From NCBI GenBank assembly GCA_035292605.1, contig DATDPT010000155.1, forward strand, positions 1,408 to 65,407: 64,000 bases of DNA, in the 5' to 3' direction. The position numbers and the translations under genes were made by a program. Shown here one piece after another: positions 22,450 to 32,453 of the stretch. The notes beneath the pieces are model-generated. The model searched no databases. It saw only the letters and a program-made list of their open reading frames with translations, and was not told the DNA's origin. The stretch's first letter is position 1; each line of letters begins with the position of its first letter. Source of the stretch: Acidimicrobiia bacterium (lineage in GTDB: Bacteria; Actinomycetota; Acidimicrobiia; Spongiisociales; ZC4RG35).

Positions 22450-23067
22450 GTGCTGGCGGCCACGGGTCTTTTGGTTTCGGCCTGCGGGGGTGATTCTGGC
22501 GACGTGGTCACCTACACGGACACCGAGCGCTTGGGGCGGTTTCAGATCCCCGAACAATGGCACACGTACGAATTGTCCGAGCTCTCGGCCCTCGATGACC
22601 TCCCCTTCGACGAGCCGGTCCAGGGGTTCACCTTCCCGGCGGTTAGCAGCATCGCCTTCGACGGCGACCCGGTCCGCGATGTCACTCACCTCAGCCGAGC
22701 CCTCCCCGAGGCGGAGTACCCGATCGGATTGATGTCGGTTCGCCAAATCGGCGAGACGGAGAAAGACTTCCTCTCACGGGCAGTGCTCACGCAATCCGTC
22801 CTCCCCTACTACAACCTGACCAACAGCCAAGAGCTGCAGAAGGAGGACTTCACCTTTGGCGGAGGGTTCGACGGGGTTAGGGTCCTGGTGGCCTACGAAG
22901 ACGAGGCCGGCCAGAACCAGGGAGTGGCCTATCTGATCACGGTGTCCAACCCCGAGGACACCAGGATGTACTCGATGATTGCCGGCTGTAGCCGGGAATG
23001 TTTCATTACGCACCAAAACACGATTGTGGGAGTTGTTGATTCATGGCTGGTGAACAAGAGAGCCTGA
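22450..23067 (+). CDS. lipoprotein, function unknown
   Basis: Track ORF with GTG start, giving MLAATGLLVSACGG (lipobox). The frame is open from 22399 and would supply a basic n-region only from a non-canonical start. Confidence 0.6.
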   Translation: MLAATGLLVSACGGDSGDVVTYTDTERLGRFQIPEQWHTYELSELSALDDLPFDEPVQGFTFPAVSSIAFDGDPVRDVTHLSRALPEAEYPIGLMSVRQIGETEKDFLSRAVLTQSVLPYYNLTNSQELQKEDFTFGGGFDGVRVLVAYEDEAGQNQGVAYLITVSNPEDTRMYSMIAGCSRECFITHQNTIVGVVDSWLVNKRA

Positions 23068-25388
23068 ACACAAGAAAACGAGACGTCCGCCAGACCAGGC
23101 GACGCTTGGACACGTGGGATCGGATCAAGTTCCTCGTTTTCCTCGCGGTCATCATGACCGCGATAATCGCCGGCTCCGACGAGCTGGGGTTCGTCAGCCT
23201 CTGGGACGTCATCGTCGGGTTCTTCTCCACGACGACCGGGCGCGTACTCGGCATCATCTTCCTGCTGGAGTGTCTCCGCCAGGTCCATTACTGGTTGTCC
23301 GAGCGCTCCGCCGGCTACAACTCTTTCTGGAAAGACAGCCTCTTCGGGGGCATCGAGCACTGGACCCAGGCTCATTTCAAGCCGTGGACCCGATTCAGGG
23401 TCGGCAGGTTCTTCCGTTGGGCCCTCTACGTGTTCATCATCGGGCTGCTGGTCGACTACTTCGTAGCCGAGGTCCAGGGCCCAATCCAGGCCATTGTGGA
23501 GTTGCCCCGTCTCATCGTCGGCATCCTCCCCTTTGCCCTCCAGTTGATGTTCGGTTTCCTCTTTGTCGCGATCCAGTTCGTCGGGATCTTCTGGTTGCTG
23601 ACTCGGGGCGGGATGGACGTGATCCTCCCCGAGGAAGTGACAACCCGCTTCGATGACGTGTGGGGCCAGGATCACGTGCTCGATCTGATCAAGGAGAACA
23701 TCGCTTTCCTCGAGAAGCCCGACGAGATCGAGAAGAAGGGCGGTTACATCCCGGGCGGGATCCTGCTCTGGGGCCCGCCGGGCACTGGCAAGACTCTCAT
23801 GGCCCAGGCGATTTCCGGTGAGACCGGCCGCCCGTTCGTCTTCGTGGAGCCGGGGTCCTTCATCAACATGTTCATGGGAATCGGTGTCCTCAAGGTAAAG
23901 AGCCTCTACCGCAAGCTGCGCAGACTCAGCCTCCGTCACGGAGGTGTGATCGTCTTCTTCGACGAGGCCGACGCCCTCGGCTCTCGAGGTGGCATGGGGG
24001 CTCCTCAGGGCCAGTTCGGGCAGTCCCTTCGCAATGATCTTGGTTTCACCTGCAACGGGTTCAGTTACCTGGGGTCTCACACCCAGATGGCCCTGGTCGA
24101 CTATTGGAGCCAGACCGGGCTCATCAAAGCCGAGGAAGCTCCAAAACCGGGTTGGGTCAACCGGATCATGATGGGTGGCATGATGGGTGGAGGAGGGATG
24201 GGCACTCTGCAAGCGCTGCTCACCGAGATGAACGGTCTCGCCAAGCCGCGAGGGCTGATCAACAGGATTCGCAAGACGTTCGGGTTCCGTCCCAAGCCCC
24301 CGCCCAAGTACCGAATCCTCCACATCATGGCCACCAACATGCCCAACGCCCTGGACGAGGCGATGCTGCGCCCGGGACGGATCGACCGGATCTACAAGGT
24401 CGGGTACCCCTCGAAGGAGGGCCGCAAGCAGACCATCGTCGGTTACCTGGAGAAAGTCGACCACCAACTGACACCGGAGCAGGTGGAGCATCTGGCGGTG
24501 ATCACTCCCTACTACTCCGGAGCCAGCATCAAGGACCTGGTCAACGAGGCGCTGATCATCGCGGTCCGCGCCGGCCGGGAGTCGATCGAGTGGCCCGACG
24601 TGTGGCGGGCAAAGTCGCTCAAGGAACTTGGCCCCCCCGAGGATGTCGACTACATCCAGAGGGAGAGGCACGCGGTGGCGGTCCACGAAGCCAGTCATGC
24701 GGTGACGGCACATCTCCTTGGCGCACATCGGCGGATCGACATGGTGTCGATCGAGAAACGCGCCTCCACGCTGGGGATGGTCAAGTCCATGGGTGAGGAG
24801 GAGCGCTTCACGCAGTGGAGGTCGGAGTTCGAGAGCGACATCATGGTCTCTCTCGCCTCCCTGGCCGGTGAGCGGCTCTTCTTCGGTGGGGACAACAGCT
24901 CCGGTGTCTCCAGCGACCTCCAGTCCGCTTCGACCGTGGCCGCCCTCATGGAGGGCGTCTACGGCATGGGCGACAGCCTGTCCTCGACCATGGGAACCCG
25001 ATCCAACGAGGCCGGTGGGCCCGCCAATCCCGTGTCTACCGCCTTGAGAGAGCGCAGGAAGCAGATCGAGGAGAGACTGGCCGTCCTCTACGACCAGGTG
25101 GCCCTGCTGCTCGGCGAACACGAGGACAAGGTCTTGGAACTTGCTGCTGTTCTCGAGGAGAAGAAGAACATCTCCGGTGAGGAAGTGGCTGAGATCATGG
25201 GTTCCGCCCCGGGCTCGCGCACCATGAGAGAGCCTCGAGGATGGCAGGCGATGTCGGACGAGATCGCCTCAGACCGTCAGCGCGATGCCCTGACCAAGGC
25301 CGGTCGGGAGGTAGCGGCGAACAGGCCCGGCAATGGACAGGTGACGCCGCCCACACCGGTCGAAGCCGAGTCCGGCCAGGGCGACTGA
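23043..25388 (+). CDS. FtsH-like membrane AAA+ ATPase / Zn-metalloprotease paralogue
   Basis: Track ORF of 781 aa with several N-terminal TM segments. Walker A GPPGTGKT, Walker B VIVFFDEADAL, protease HEASHAV. A Gly/Met-rich insert follows Walker B. Confidence 0.8.
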   Translation: MAGEQESLNTRKRDVRQTRRRLDTWDRIKFLVFLAVIMTAIIAGSDELGFVSLWDVIVGFFSTTTGRVLGIIFLLECLRQVHYWLSERSAGYNSFWKDSLFGGIEHWTQAHFKPWTRFRVGRFFRWALYVFIIGLLVDYFVAEVQGPIQAIVELPRLIVGILPFALQLMFGFLFVAIQFVGIFWLLTRGGMDVILPEEVTTRFDDVWGQDHVLDLIKENIAFLEKPDEIEKKGGYIPGGILLWGPPGTGKTLMAQAISGETGRPFVFVEPGSFINMFMGIGVLKVKSLYRKLRRLSLRHGGVIVFFDEADALGSRGGMGAPQGQFGQSLRNDLGFTCNGFSYLGSHTQMALVDYWSQTGLIKAEEAPKPGWVNRIMMGGMMGGGGMGTLQALLTEMNGLAKPRGLINRIRKTFGFRPKPPPKYRILHIMATNMPNALDEAMLRPGRIDRIYKVGYPSKEGRKQTIVGYLEKVDHQLTPEQVEHLAVITPYYSGASIKDLVNEALIIAVRAGRESIEWPDVWRAKSLKELGPPEDVDYIQRERHAVAVHEASHAVTAHLLGAHRRIDMVSIEKRASTLGMVKSMGEEERFTQWRSEFESDIMVSLASLAGERLFFGGDNSSGVSSDLQSASTVAALMEGVYGMGDSLSSTMGTRSNEAGGPANPVSTALRERRKQIEERLAVLYDQVALLLGEHEDKVLELAAVLEEKKNISGEEVAEIMGSAPGSRTMREPRGWQAMSDEIASDRQRDALTKAGREVAANRPGNGQVTPPTPVEAESGQGD

Positions 25389-25392
25389 ACCA

Positions 25393-26628
25393 TCACGGGC
25401 GCCAGCCCGTGTCTCCAATCCGGCCGATCGAGCAGTTCTCGGCGAGCACGCGAACCTCGCCGGCGGCGGTGAGGTCGTCGATCAACAGAGATCGATCGCT
25501 CACTGCGAGCACACTCCGACTGTCGGCGACGGCGTAGAGCGGGACGCCCTCCAGGCTTGGATCAAGGACGATCTCATTCACTTCCCCGGTGACCGCGTTC
25601 ACAGTGGAGACATTGGTTGCCGAGGTCCGGAAGACGGCAGTCTCCTCGTCCAGCCAGCCGATAGGTGTTCCCAACGCGAGGAGTTCGTCCAAACCTGCTG
25701 TCAAACCGTCTGCTGTCAGCATCTCGACTCCGGTCAAAGAGGCGTCGCTCGGCTCGACACCGGCCACGGTGATGAAACGTGACTCCGGGGAGCCCCAAGC
25801 AGTCAGCGGGATCCCGAATCCTTCACTGATCGGCTCGGTCCACTCCGTGTCACCGGTCTCGGGGTCGAACCGCGAGATGGCGACGGCCACCAAGTCGGGC
25901 TGGTCGGGAACCTCTTGAGTGACAGTCAGCAGGAGGTCATCGTCGATGGCACCGATCAGGCGCGCCGGTATCCAACCTTCGACTGGGTAGTTGACCACCT
26001 CATCGCTCAGAACATCGGTTAGCACACGTTCCTCGCCGGTGCTGAGGGCGTAGACGCTGTCGCTGGTCGCCACCCAGTTGGTGTCGTCTCCGATGGCCAC
26101 ACCGGTGTTGAGCCACAGGGATTCGGCCGGCTCCGCCCCGTAGAGGAGACCACCGATGACAACGGCGCGGGTAGTAGGCAACTCGGGGATCGCCTGATCC
26201 GCCGCGGTCGCCAGAAGGCGCTCGTAGGCGGTTCGGATCATGACACCCATGAATGGCCGCTCCGGGTCTTCCGGATTCGCTCCAAGAACGATCTCGGCCG
26301 ACTCCTCGACGCCGTCCCGTCGTAGATCGAGCACCACCGGATCACCTATCGACTGCTCGCTCAAAGCCTGTCTCAGATGCTCCGAATCGGCGGTCCCTTT
26401 CCCGTTGAGCGCAACGATGACATCCCCCGCTTCGAGCACCCCATCCGCACCGGTGTCCTCCAGGACTTCGCTCACCTCGACCCCCTGTGGTTCGCCGATG
26501 AAGAACGAACAGGCGACCGGGAGCTCGAGCACTTCCCCGACATCGGGCAGGGCGCTTCGGTCCGGCGGCGCCGTGGCGCAGGCGCTCATCAGGCTGGCGA
26601 TGAGCGTCAGCAGAAGGGCTTTTGACAC
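25393..26628 (-). CDS. lipoprotein with PDZ domain and repeat-rich C-terminal region
   Basis: GTG 26628 inside track ORF 25393..26784 gives VSKALLLTLIASLMSACA. PDZ-like GADGVLEAGDVIVALNG. Confidence 0.7.
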   Translation of the reverse strand: MSKALLLTLIASLMSACATAPPDRSALPDVGEVLELPVACSFFIGEPQGVEVSEVLEDTGADGVLEAGDVIVALNGKGTADSEHLRQALSEQSIGDPVVLDLRRDGVEESAEIVLGANPEDPERPFMGVMIRTAYERLLATAADQAIPELPTTRAVVIGGLLYGAEPAESLWLNTGVAIGDDTNWVATSDSVYALSTGEERVLTDVLSDEVVNYPVEGWIPARLIGAIDDDLLLTVTQEVPDQPDLVAVAISRFDPETGDTEWTEPISEGFGIPLTAWGSPESRFITVAGVEPSDASLTGVEMLTADGLTAGLDELLALGTPIGWLDEETAVFRTSATNVSTVNAVTGEVNEIVLDPSLEGVPLYAVADSRSVLAVSDRSLLIDDLTAAGEVRVLAENCSIGRIGDTGWRP

Positions 26629-26681
26629 GCCAACAGCGTACCGGCGGCATGGTTGATAGCCCTTCTGACTAGCGTGTCGAT

Positions 26682-27749
26682 ATGCCGTTTCCGTCGGTGC
26701 TTCTCCACGACCATCTTGATGGTGGGTTGCGGCCGCAAACCGTTTTGGAACTGGCTGAGGAGCACGAACATCCCGGTCTCCCATCAGACACCGCGCAAGG
26801 GCTCGCAGCTTGGTTCGACCAGTCCGATTCCGGCTCGCTGACCAAGTATCTGGAGGCCTTCACCCACACCATCGGTGTCATGCAACATGCGGGGGCGATC
26901 GAACGGATCGCCTACGAGGCTGCCCTCGATCTCAGCGCCGACGGTGTCGTTTACGCAGAGATTCGGTTCTGCCCGGCGTTGCACACTGTTGGGGGAATCA
27001 ACCCGCGACGGGTGGTCGAGGCTGCGGCCTCCGGCCTGGCAAACGGCACACGGGAGACCGGTCTCCGCTGGGGGATCATCGTCGACGCTCTCAGAAACCG
27101 TGACGACAGTCTCGAGATGCCCCGACTCGCCGCGGAAACGCGACATCTCCGAGTCGTGGGCTTCGACCTGGCGGGACCGGAGGCGGGATACCCACCCCAG
27201 GATCACCTCGCCGCATTCCGCCTGGCCCGAGCCCAAGGTCTGCGTCTGACCATCCACGCCGGAGAGCACGCCGGTCGGGACGGGGTCGCCTTCATGGCAG
27301 CTGCGATGGATCTCTGTGGTGCCGAGCGTCTGGGCCACGGTGCTGAGTTGATCAATGACTGCGTGGTGCGTGACGGCGAGATCGTGGAGCTGGGCCGGAT
27401 TGCCAGACGCATTAGGCAGCGCCGGATCGCGCTGGAGATGTGCCCCACATCGAACCTCGCCACCGGCGGCCTCGAGCCGGAGGCCCACCCGGTTGGGGCC
27501 CTCTACCGCGCCGGCTTCAATGTGACCCTGAGCACCGACAACCGCCTGATGAGCACGACCGCCATGTCCGACGAGTTCGACTTCGTCAGCAAATACCACA
27601 GGTTCGAGACCCTCGATCTTGCCCGAACCACATGGCGAAGCCTCGATGCGGCGTTCTGTCCCTGGGAGACCAAGGCCGAGTTGTGGGAAGACTTGATCGC
27701 TCCGGCGTACGCCGCCGATGGGGCGGACCTCGAGTTGGTGTGGCGATGA
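26682..27749 (+). CDS. add: adenosine deaminase
   Basis: Track [18 protein letters not shown], and [10 protein letters not shown]-type motifs. Confidence 0.9.
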   Translation: MPFPSVLLHDHLDGGLRPQTVLELAEEHEHPGLPSDTAQGLAAWFDQSDSGSLTKYLEAFTHTIGVMQHAGAIERIAYEAALDLSADGVVYAEIRFCPALHTVGGINPRRVVEAAASGLANGTRETGLRWGIIVDALRNRDDSLEMPRLAAETRHLRVVGFDLAGPEAGYPPQDHLAAFRLARAQGLRLTIHAGEHAGRDGVAFMAAAMDLCGAERLGHGAELINDCVVRDGEIVELGRIARRIRQRRIALEMCPTSNLATGGLEPEAHPVGALYRAGFNVTLSTDNRLMSTTAMSDEFDFVSKYHRFETLDLARTTWRSLDAAFCPWETKAELWEDLIAPAYAADGADLELVWR

Positions 27750-28780
27750 GAGCGCTGGTCAAGCATCCTGATGAGACCGGGCTCCGGCTCGACGAGGTCG
27801 AGGTCCCGCGTGTCGGTGCCGACGACGTGCTGGTCAAGGTGCATACCACCGGTATCTGCGGTACCGACCTCCACATCTACAACTGGGACGATTGGGCCCA
27901 GGCCACCATCCCGGCTCCGATGACGGTTGGGCATGAGTTCGCCGGTGAGATCGTCGAACTTGGCTCGAACGTCTCCGGATTCGAGGTCGGTGAGGTGGTC
28001 GGCGCCGAAGGTCACGTCGTCTGCAATAGGTGTCGCAACTGTCTGGCGGGCCGGCGCCATCTGTGTCACGACGCGCGCGGCATCGGTGTCAATCTCCCGG
28101 GAGCATTCGCCGATTACGTCGTGCTCCCTAAGAGCAATATCTGGCGACACATACCGGGGATCGACTTCGATGTCGCCGCCATCTTCGACCCGTTCGGGAA
28201 CGCGGTCCACACCGCCCTCGAGTTCCCGGTACTCGGTGAAGACGTGTTGATCACCGGAGCGGGGCCGATCGGGCTCATGGCCTCTGCCGTGGTTGCCCAG
28301 GCCGGGGCACGCAACGTGGTGATCACCGACGTCAACCCCTACCGGTTGGAGCTGGCAAAGCGGATGGGAGCCACCAGAGCCGTGGACGTGCGGTTCGAGG
28401 ATCTTCAGGACGTGCAGGACGAGCTGGGGATGACGGAGGGATTCGACGTCGCCCTCGAGATGTCAGGGACATCGGCGGCTCTCGACGACATCTTGCAGAA
28501 TACGATCCACGGGGCCAACGTCGCCCTCCTCGGGATCCCCTCGGACCCCTTCCCCATCGACTGGAGCATCGTCATCTTCAACATGCTCAACCTGAAAGGG
28601 ATCTATGGGCGTGAGATGTTCGAGACCTGGTACAAAATGAACGTCCTCATCGGCTCAGGGCTGGACATCTCTCCGGTGATAACCCATCGTTTCGGCGTCG
28701 ACGACTTCGAGGCCGCCTTTGACGTTGCCGCCTCCCACGAGTCGGGCAAGGTCTTGATCAACTGGGTGGGGTCGGGCTGA
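27746..28780 (+). CDS. tdh: L-threonine 3-dehydrogenase (Zn-dependent MDR family)
   Basis: ATG 27746 overlaps the add stop (ATGA). [16 protein letters not shown] and [12 protein letters not shown]. The upstream part of track ORF 27440..28780 is a spurious extension. Confidence 0.85.
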   Translation: MRALVKHPDETGLRLDEVEVPRVGADDVLVKVHTTGICGTDLHIYNWDDWAQATIPAPMTVGHEFAGEIVELGSNVSGFEVGEVVGAEGHVVCNRCRNCLAGRRHLCHDARGIGVNLPGAFADYVVLPKSNIWRHIPGIDFDVAAIFDPFGNAVHTALEFPVLGEDVLITGAGPIGLMASAVVAQAGARNVVITDVNPYRLELAKRMGATRAVDVRFEDLQDVQDELGMTEGFDVALEMSGTSAALDDILQNTIHGANVALLGIPSDPFPIDWSIVIFNMLNLKGIYGREMFETWYKMNVLIGSGLDISPVITHRFGVDDFEAAFDVAASHESGKVLINWVGSG

Positions 28781-28803
28781 CCAATCCCTAGGTTTGGGGT
28801 CCT

Positions 28804-29613
28804 TCAAATGTGAGCGGACACCCAAGCCACGATCTCGGCCACGATCTCCGGGCCCTCGGGCTCGTTCAGGATCTCGTGTCGAAGCTCCGGGTGCAGACGG
28901 CGCTCCACACCAGGCACCTCTCCCAATACCGCCGTTGACTGTGGAGGCACGATGGTGTCCATCCCCCCCTGCAGCACCAGAGTCGGGATCTGGATGCGAC
29001 CGGCATTCTGGGTTACCTCGGACATGGCCGCAAACAACGCGGCGCCAAGCCGTGGCGTTGTCTTGGCGTACACGAGGGGGTCGACGAAGTAGGCCTCCCC
29101 CACCGCCGGATCGCGAGATAGCTGCTCGCCTTTCAGGGAGTTGGAGATGGCCATGGATGGAGCGATCTTGCTGAACACACCGGCCAGAGCCCGCTGCCAC
29201 CCCGCACCACCCCCCAGCGCTGGTGCGCTGAGGACGAGCAGGTCAGGCGCCGGACGGCCGGCCAGGACGTAGCCCGCGACGAGGTTGCCGCCCATGGAAT
29301 GTCCCATGAGAACCAGCGGCACGCCCTGTTCCCGCGCCCACACCACATGTCGCTCGATCTGGTCGTGATACAGGCTCCAATCGGAGATGTCGCCACGAGG
29401 GCCACCCGAAGCTCCGAACCCGATCAGATCGAAGGAACGAACCAAGAATCCGGCGTCAGACAGCAGCGAACCGGTCCGCTCATAACGACCCGAATGCTCG
29501 GCGATGCCGTGAACCAGGACCACGACCGCCTTCGGTTCCGATTCCGGCGCCCATTCCCTGACCTGTTCGATCCCGAAGCCCGGCATCGGCTCGGGTCGTG
29601 ACACGCTTCGCAA
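28804..29613 (-). CDS. alpha/beta hydrolase (lysophospholipase / monoacylglycerol lipase-like)
   Basis: Track ORF with the nucleophile elbow GHSMGG. Confidence 0.8.
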   Translation of the reverse strand: MRSVSRPEPMPGFGIEQVREWAPESEPKAVVVLVHGIAEHSGRYERTGSLLSDAGFLVRSFDLIGFGASGGPRGDISDWSLYHDQIERHVVWAREQGVPLVLMGHSMGGNLVAGYVLAGRPAPDLLVLSAPALGGGAGWQRALAGVFSKIAPSMAISNSLKGEQLSRDPAVGEAYFVDPLVYAKTTPRLGAALFAAMSEVTQNAGRIQIPTLVLQGGMDTIVPPQSTAVLGEVPGVERRLHPELRHEILNEPEGPEIVAEIVAWVSAHI

Positions 29614-29758
29614 ATGAGTCTCCTCGCTCTCGTCGTTCTCAGTGTGGTCAGTCGAATTCGAAACGAGTCACATCCCTGGGGAACTGTGACCAGGCGATGG
29701 CGGAGGTCCCTCCGGCATCACGGGCCGGCCGGCGCGTCGCACAGCCATGGCCCCGATC

Positions 29759-30838
29759 CTAAGGGGCCGCGTCGGGGGTGGGCTCCGCGGCGGCCTGCTT
29801 GTGAAAGGGCGGCTTGCTGATCGTGGCCGGTGTCCAGCGATTCCGGATCTCGACCTCCAAGCCGGTTTCCTCCGGAGGAGGCGGGGGCGAGATATATGCC
29901 AAACCCACCCCCCTGTCCAGCATCGGGCTCAGGTTCCCGGAGGTGACGACCCCGGTGCCATGGGCGGTGCGAGCCCGGTGCCCGTGACGGGGGATCCCGC
30001 GCTCATTGACGACAAAGCCGGTGAGCCGACGTGGCACTCCCCCATCGGACTGCTCCACGAGAGCCTCTCTTCCCACGAAGGAATGGTCCAGAGCCACCGC
30101 AAAGCCAAGATCTGCCTCCAGAGGCGTGGTCGTCTCGTCCAGATCTTGGCCCCACAACGGAAGACCGGCCTCGAGGCGAAGGGTGTCCCTGGCCCCCAAT
30201 CCGCAGGGTTTCGCCCCCGATTCCAGAAGCGCCTCGAAGAGCCTGCGCCCGGTCGCAGGATCGCAGATGATCTCACCACCACGCTCCCCGGTGTACCCGG
30301 TTCCCGCCATCGAAACGGGCTGTCCCTCCCAAGTCGCCGTGGTGACACGAAACCTGCCTGGCGACTTTTCGAGTACCGAGTCCAGGGTCTCCAGGGCGGT
30401 GGGGCCTTGGACCGCCATCAGCACCGTGTCCTCCCGGAGGCTTCGAGTAAGGCAGCCGGGCTCGGCCGAGAAAGCGGCCATCACCCGTTCCTGGTTGGCC
30501 GCGTTGGGCATCACCCAGAACCGATCAGGCTCCCACCACCAGACGATCAGGTCGTCGATGATCCCCCCCGACGGATTGAGGATCATGGTGTATTGGGTCT
30601 GTCCGGGCGCGATCTTGTCGATGTCGTTGCAGAGGAGGCGGACCAGGGCGTCATGGGCGCCGGGCCCGGACAACTCGAATCTCCCGAGATGGCTCACATC
30701 GAAGACCCCCACCCCGACCCGGACCGACTTGTGCTCGGCGAGCACCGATTCGTATTGAACCGGCATCTCCCATCCACCGAAACCGACGAAGCGCGCCCCC
30801 AGCCGACGGTGGAGGTCGTCCAGCGGGGATCGGTTCAT
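29759..30838 (-). CDS. gcvT: glycine cleavage system aminomethyltransferase (T protein)
   Basis: Track ORF. GARFVGFGGWEMPVQY...GVFDVSHLGRFELSG. Confidence 0.92.
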   Translation of the reverse strand: MNRSPLDDLHRRLGARFVGFGGWEMPVQYESVLAEHKSVRVGVGVFDVSHLGRFELSGPGAHDALVRLLCNDIDKIAPGQTQYTMILNPSGGIIDDLIVWWWEPDRFWVMPNAANQERVMAAFSAEPGCLTRSLREDTVLMAVQGPTALETLDSVLEKSPGRFRVTTATWEGQPVSMAGTGYTGERGGEIICDPATGRRLFEALLESGAKPCGLGARDTLRLEAGLPLWGQDLDETTTPLEADLGFAVALDHSFVGREALVEQSDGGVPRRLTGFVVNERGIPRHGHRARTAHGTGVVTSGNLSPMLDRGVGLAYISPPPPPEETGLEVEIRNRWTPATISKPPFHKQAAAEPTPDAAP

Positions 30839-31272
30839 CCCGTCAGCCGCTCTCCCCTGTCTTCGAGACGCACGATCTCGGGTCTCCCCGGAATCCGGGT
30901 GGGCGCCACCACATCCTCGAGGTGATCGGGCTCCTCGAGCCCGTACTTGACCACCAGGTTGAGGTAGTCGCGTTGATAGAAGACCTTGCAGTTGACCTCC
31001 GGGTAGAGCTCTTTGAGCGTTCTCACCTTGCGGTTCTTCTTGGTGACGAGTTTCTGGTTCATCGTCGTGATCTCGATGTAGAGGTCGTCGTCGGGAAGAT
31101 AGAAGTCGGGTGTGAAGAACTGGGTCGGGGTGCCGTCACGGTCCCAGGCTATGGGGAAGGATCGAGGCTCATAATCCCAAGGGACGCCATAGAAATCTAG
31201 GAGGAGTGCGAACTGCCGCTCACTGTTGTGAGCAAACTCGGTCTCGGCGGCCGAATGGAGTTCGGTGATCAG
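30835..31272 (-). CDS. conserved-looking protein with a PD-(D/E)xK-like motif; no canonical start for its N-terminal 70 codons
   Basis: The track gives only 30835..31062 (ATG). The frame is open to 31443, and the upstream 70 codons read ITELHSAAETEFAHNSERQFALLLDFYGVPWDYEPRSFPIAWDRDGTPTQFFTPDFYLPDDDLYIEITT. CTG 31272 overlaps the merR stop (CTGA). The 3' end is certain and the 5' end is not. Confidence 0.5.
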   Translation of the reverse strand: MITELHSAAETEFAHNSERQFALLLDFYGVPWDYEPRSFPIAWDRDGTPTQFFTPDFYLPDDDLYIEITTMNQKLVTKKNRKVRTLKELYPEVNCKVFYQRDYLNLVVKYGLEEPDHLEDVVAPTRIPGRPEIVRLEDRGERLTG

Positions 31273-31727
31273 GGTGCTCCTGCCTCGACGACTCCAGCCA
31301 GCTCGCTCTCCGGGAAGAGACGGTGGAGCTCTCCTTCCACCTCGTCCTGAACCGGGCCGATGGCGATTCCAAAAACCCCTTGACCCCGTCGAAACACGTC
31401 GACGACTTCTTGCTCGGAATGGGCTGCGTAGATGGTCTGGCCGTCACTGAGGAGGGTGACGTCGGCGAGCGGCCGGTCGGAGTCGAGCTGCTCGGCCAGG
31501 ATCTCGACGGCCGATCGGATCTTCTTCAGGCTCATCCCCGCGTCCAGAAGGCGTTTGATCACCTTGAGCTGCACCACGTCCGAGAAAGAGTACAGCCGCT
31601 GGGATCCTGAGCCATTCGCCTGCTGCAGCGATGGCTTGATCAGGTTGGTTCGCGCCCAATAATCCAGTTGTCGGTAGGTGATCCCAACCAACTTGCAGAC
31701 CTGTGGAGCGCGATAGCCTTGGATCAT
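31269..31727 (-). CDS. MerR family transcriptional regulator
   Basis: Track ORF. YRAPQVCKLVGITYRQLDYWARTNLIKPS...RLYSFSDVVQLKVIKRLLDAGMSLKKI. Confidence 0.85.
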   Translation of the reverse strand: MIQGYRAPQVCKLVGITYRQLDYWARTNLIKPSLQQANGSGSQRLYSFSDVVQLKVIKRLLDAGMSLKKIRSAVEILAEQLDSDRPLADVTLLSDGQTIYAAHSEQEVVDVFRRGQGVFGIAIGPVQDEVEGELHRLFPESELAGVVEAGAP

Positions 31728-31738
31728 CGGTCCTCCGT

Positions 31739-31799
31739 GTTACAAGCGTGTAACTCCGCCGTTGGCAGCAAGCTACCCATGTACAGGAGGCAATGTCAA
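31739..31799 (-). promoter_or_regulatory. candidate promoter (TTGACA-N18-TAGCTT) and 6-4-6 palindrome GTTACA-CGCT-TGTAAC in the merR leader
   Basis: Minus strand: -35 at 31799-31794, -10 at 31775-31770, perfect inverted repeat at 31754-31739, then GGAGG and ATG 31727. Confidence 0.4.
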
Positions 31800-31928
31800 C
31801 GTAATCCTGTGGATAAGTCTTCAGGGAGCGATTCGGCTGTGCGAGATCAGCCTCCGTAATTGGGATCCACAGCTCCGAATGTGACCCGTGACGGTCCCGA
31901 TTTGCGGACGGCCGACCGGGTGCGGGAG

Positions 31929-32441
31929 TCACTCCCCGGGCTCGCCCCCCAGAAAGTCCTCGACCGTCACCTCTTCGAGAAACTCCCGAAATCGTGCGAC
32001 CTCGTCCTCTTCGTCGGCCTCTTCCTCGAAGACCACCCCTGCGTCTTCGAGGACACCGGGAAGGGCGAACACCGGGGTCCCGGTGCGAACGGCGAGGGCG
32101 ATCGCATCAGACGGGCGTGACGAGACATGCACCTCCCGTCCCGAGATGTCGAGGGAGAGATCGGCGTAGAACACCGAGTCCCGCATCTCGGTGATGACCA
32201 CCCGCACCGCGAAAGCCCCCACGGCATCTATCACCGACCGCATCAGATCGTGGGTCAGTGGGCGTGGCGGGTTCACTCCCTCAAGGGCAGTGGCGATGGC
32301 CGTGGCCTCGGAGCCTCCGATCCAAATCGGGAGGTAGCGGTTGCCCTCCTGTTCCCTCAGGAGGACGATCGGCTGGTTGGACGGGAGCTCGACCCGAACT
32401 CCGACGACTTCCATCGCGATGGGTGATCCGTTACCCGGCAT
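31929..32441 (-). CDS. bifunctional nuclease family protein (DUF151)
   Basis: Track ORF. VVGVRVELPSNQPIVLLRE..GNRYLPIWIGGSEATAIA...RPLTHDLM. Confidence 0.85.
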   Translation of the reverse strand: MPGNGSPIAMEVVGVRVELPSNQPIVLLREQEGNRYLPIWIGGSEATAIATALEGVNPPRPLTHDLMRSVIDAVGAFAVRVVITEMRDSVFYADLSLDISGREVHVSSRPSDAIALAVRTGTPVFALPGVLEDAGVVFEEEADEEDEVARFREFLEEVTVEDFLGGEPGE

Positions 32442-32453
32442 GACCCGAGGTTA

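Noticed and set aside
22929-25121. 730-aa minus-strand ORF, the longest ORF in this part of the window
   Set aside because: It is antisense to the well-supported FtsH-like gene. The sequence is Gly/Arg/Asp/His-rich and low in complexity with no motifs, which is typical of a shadow ORF in high-GC DNA.
29614-31928. Glycine riboswitch expected near gcvT (and near gcvH at 35711+)
   Set aside because: gcvT and gcvH both start by overlapping the preceding gene, so there is no leader. The only sizeable leader (31728-31928) shows a promoter and a palindrome but none of the conserved glycine-aptamer features I can recognise by eye.
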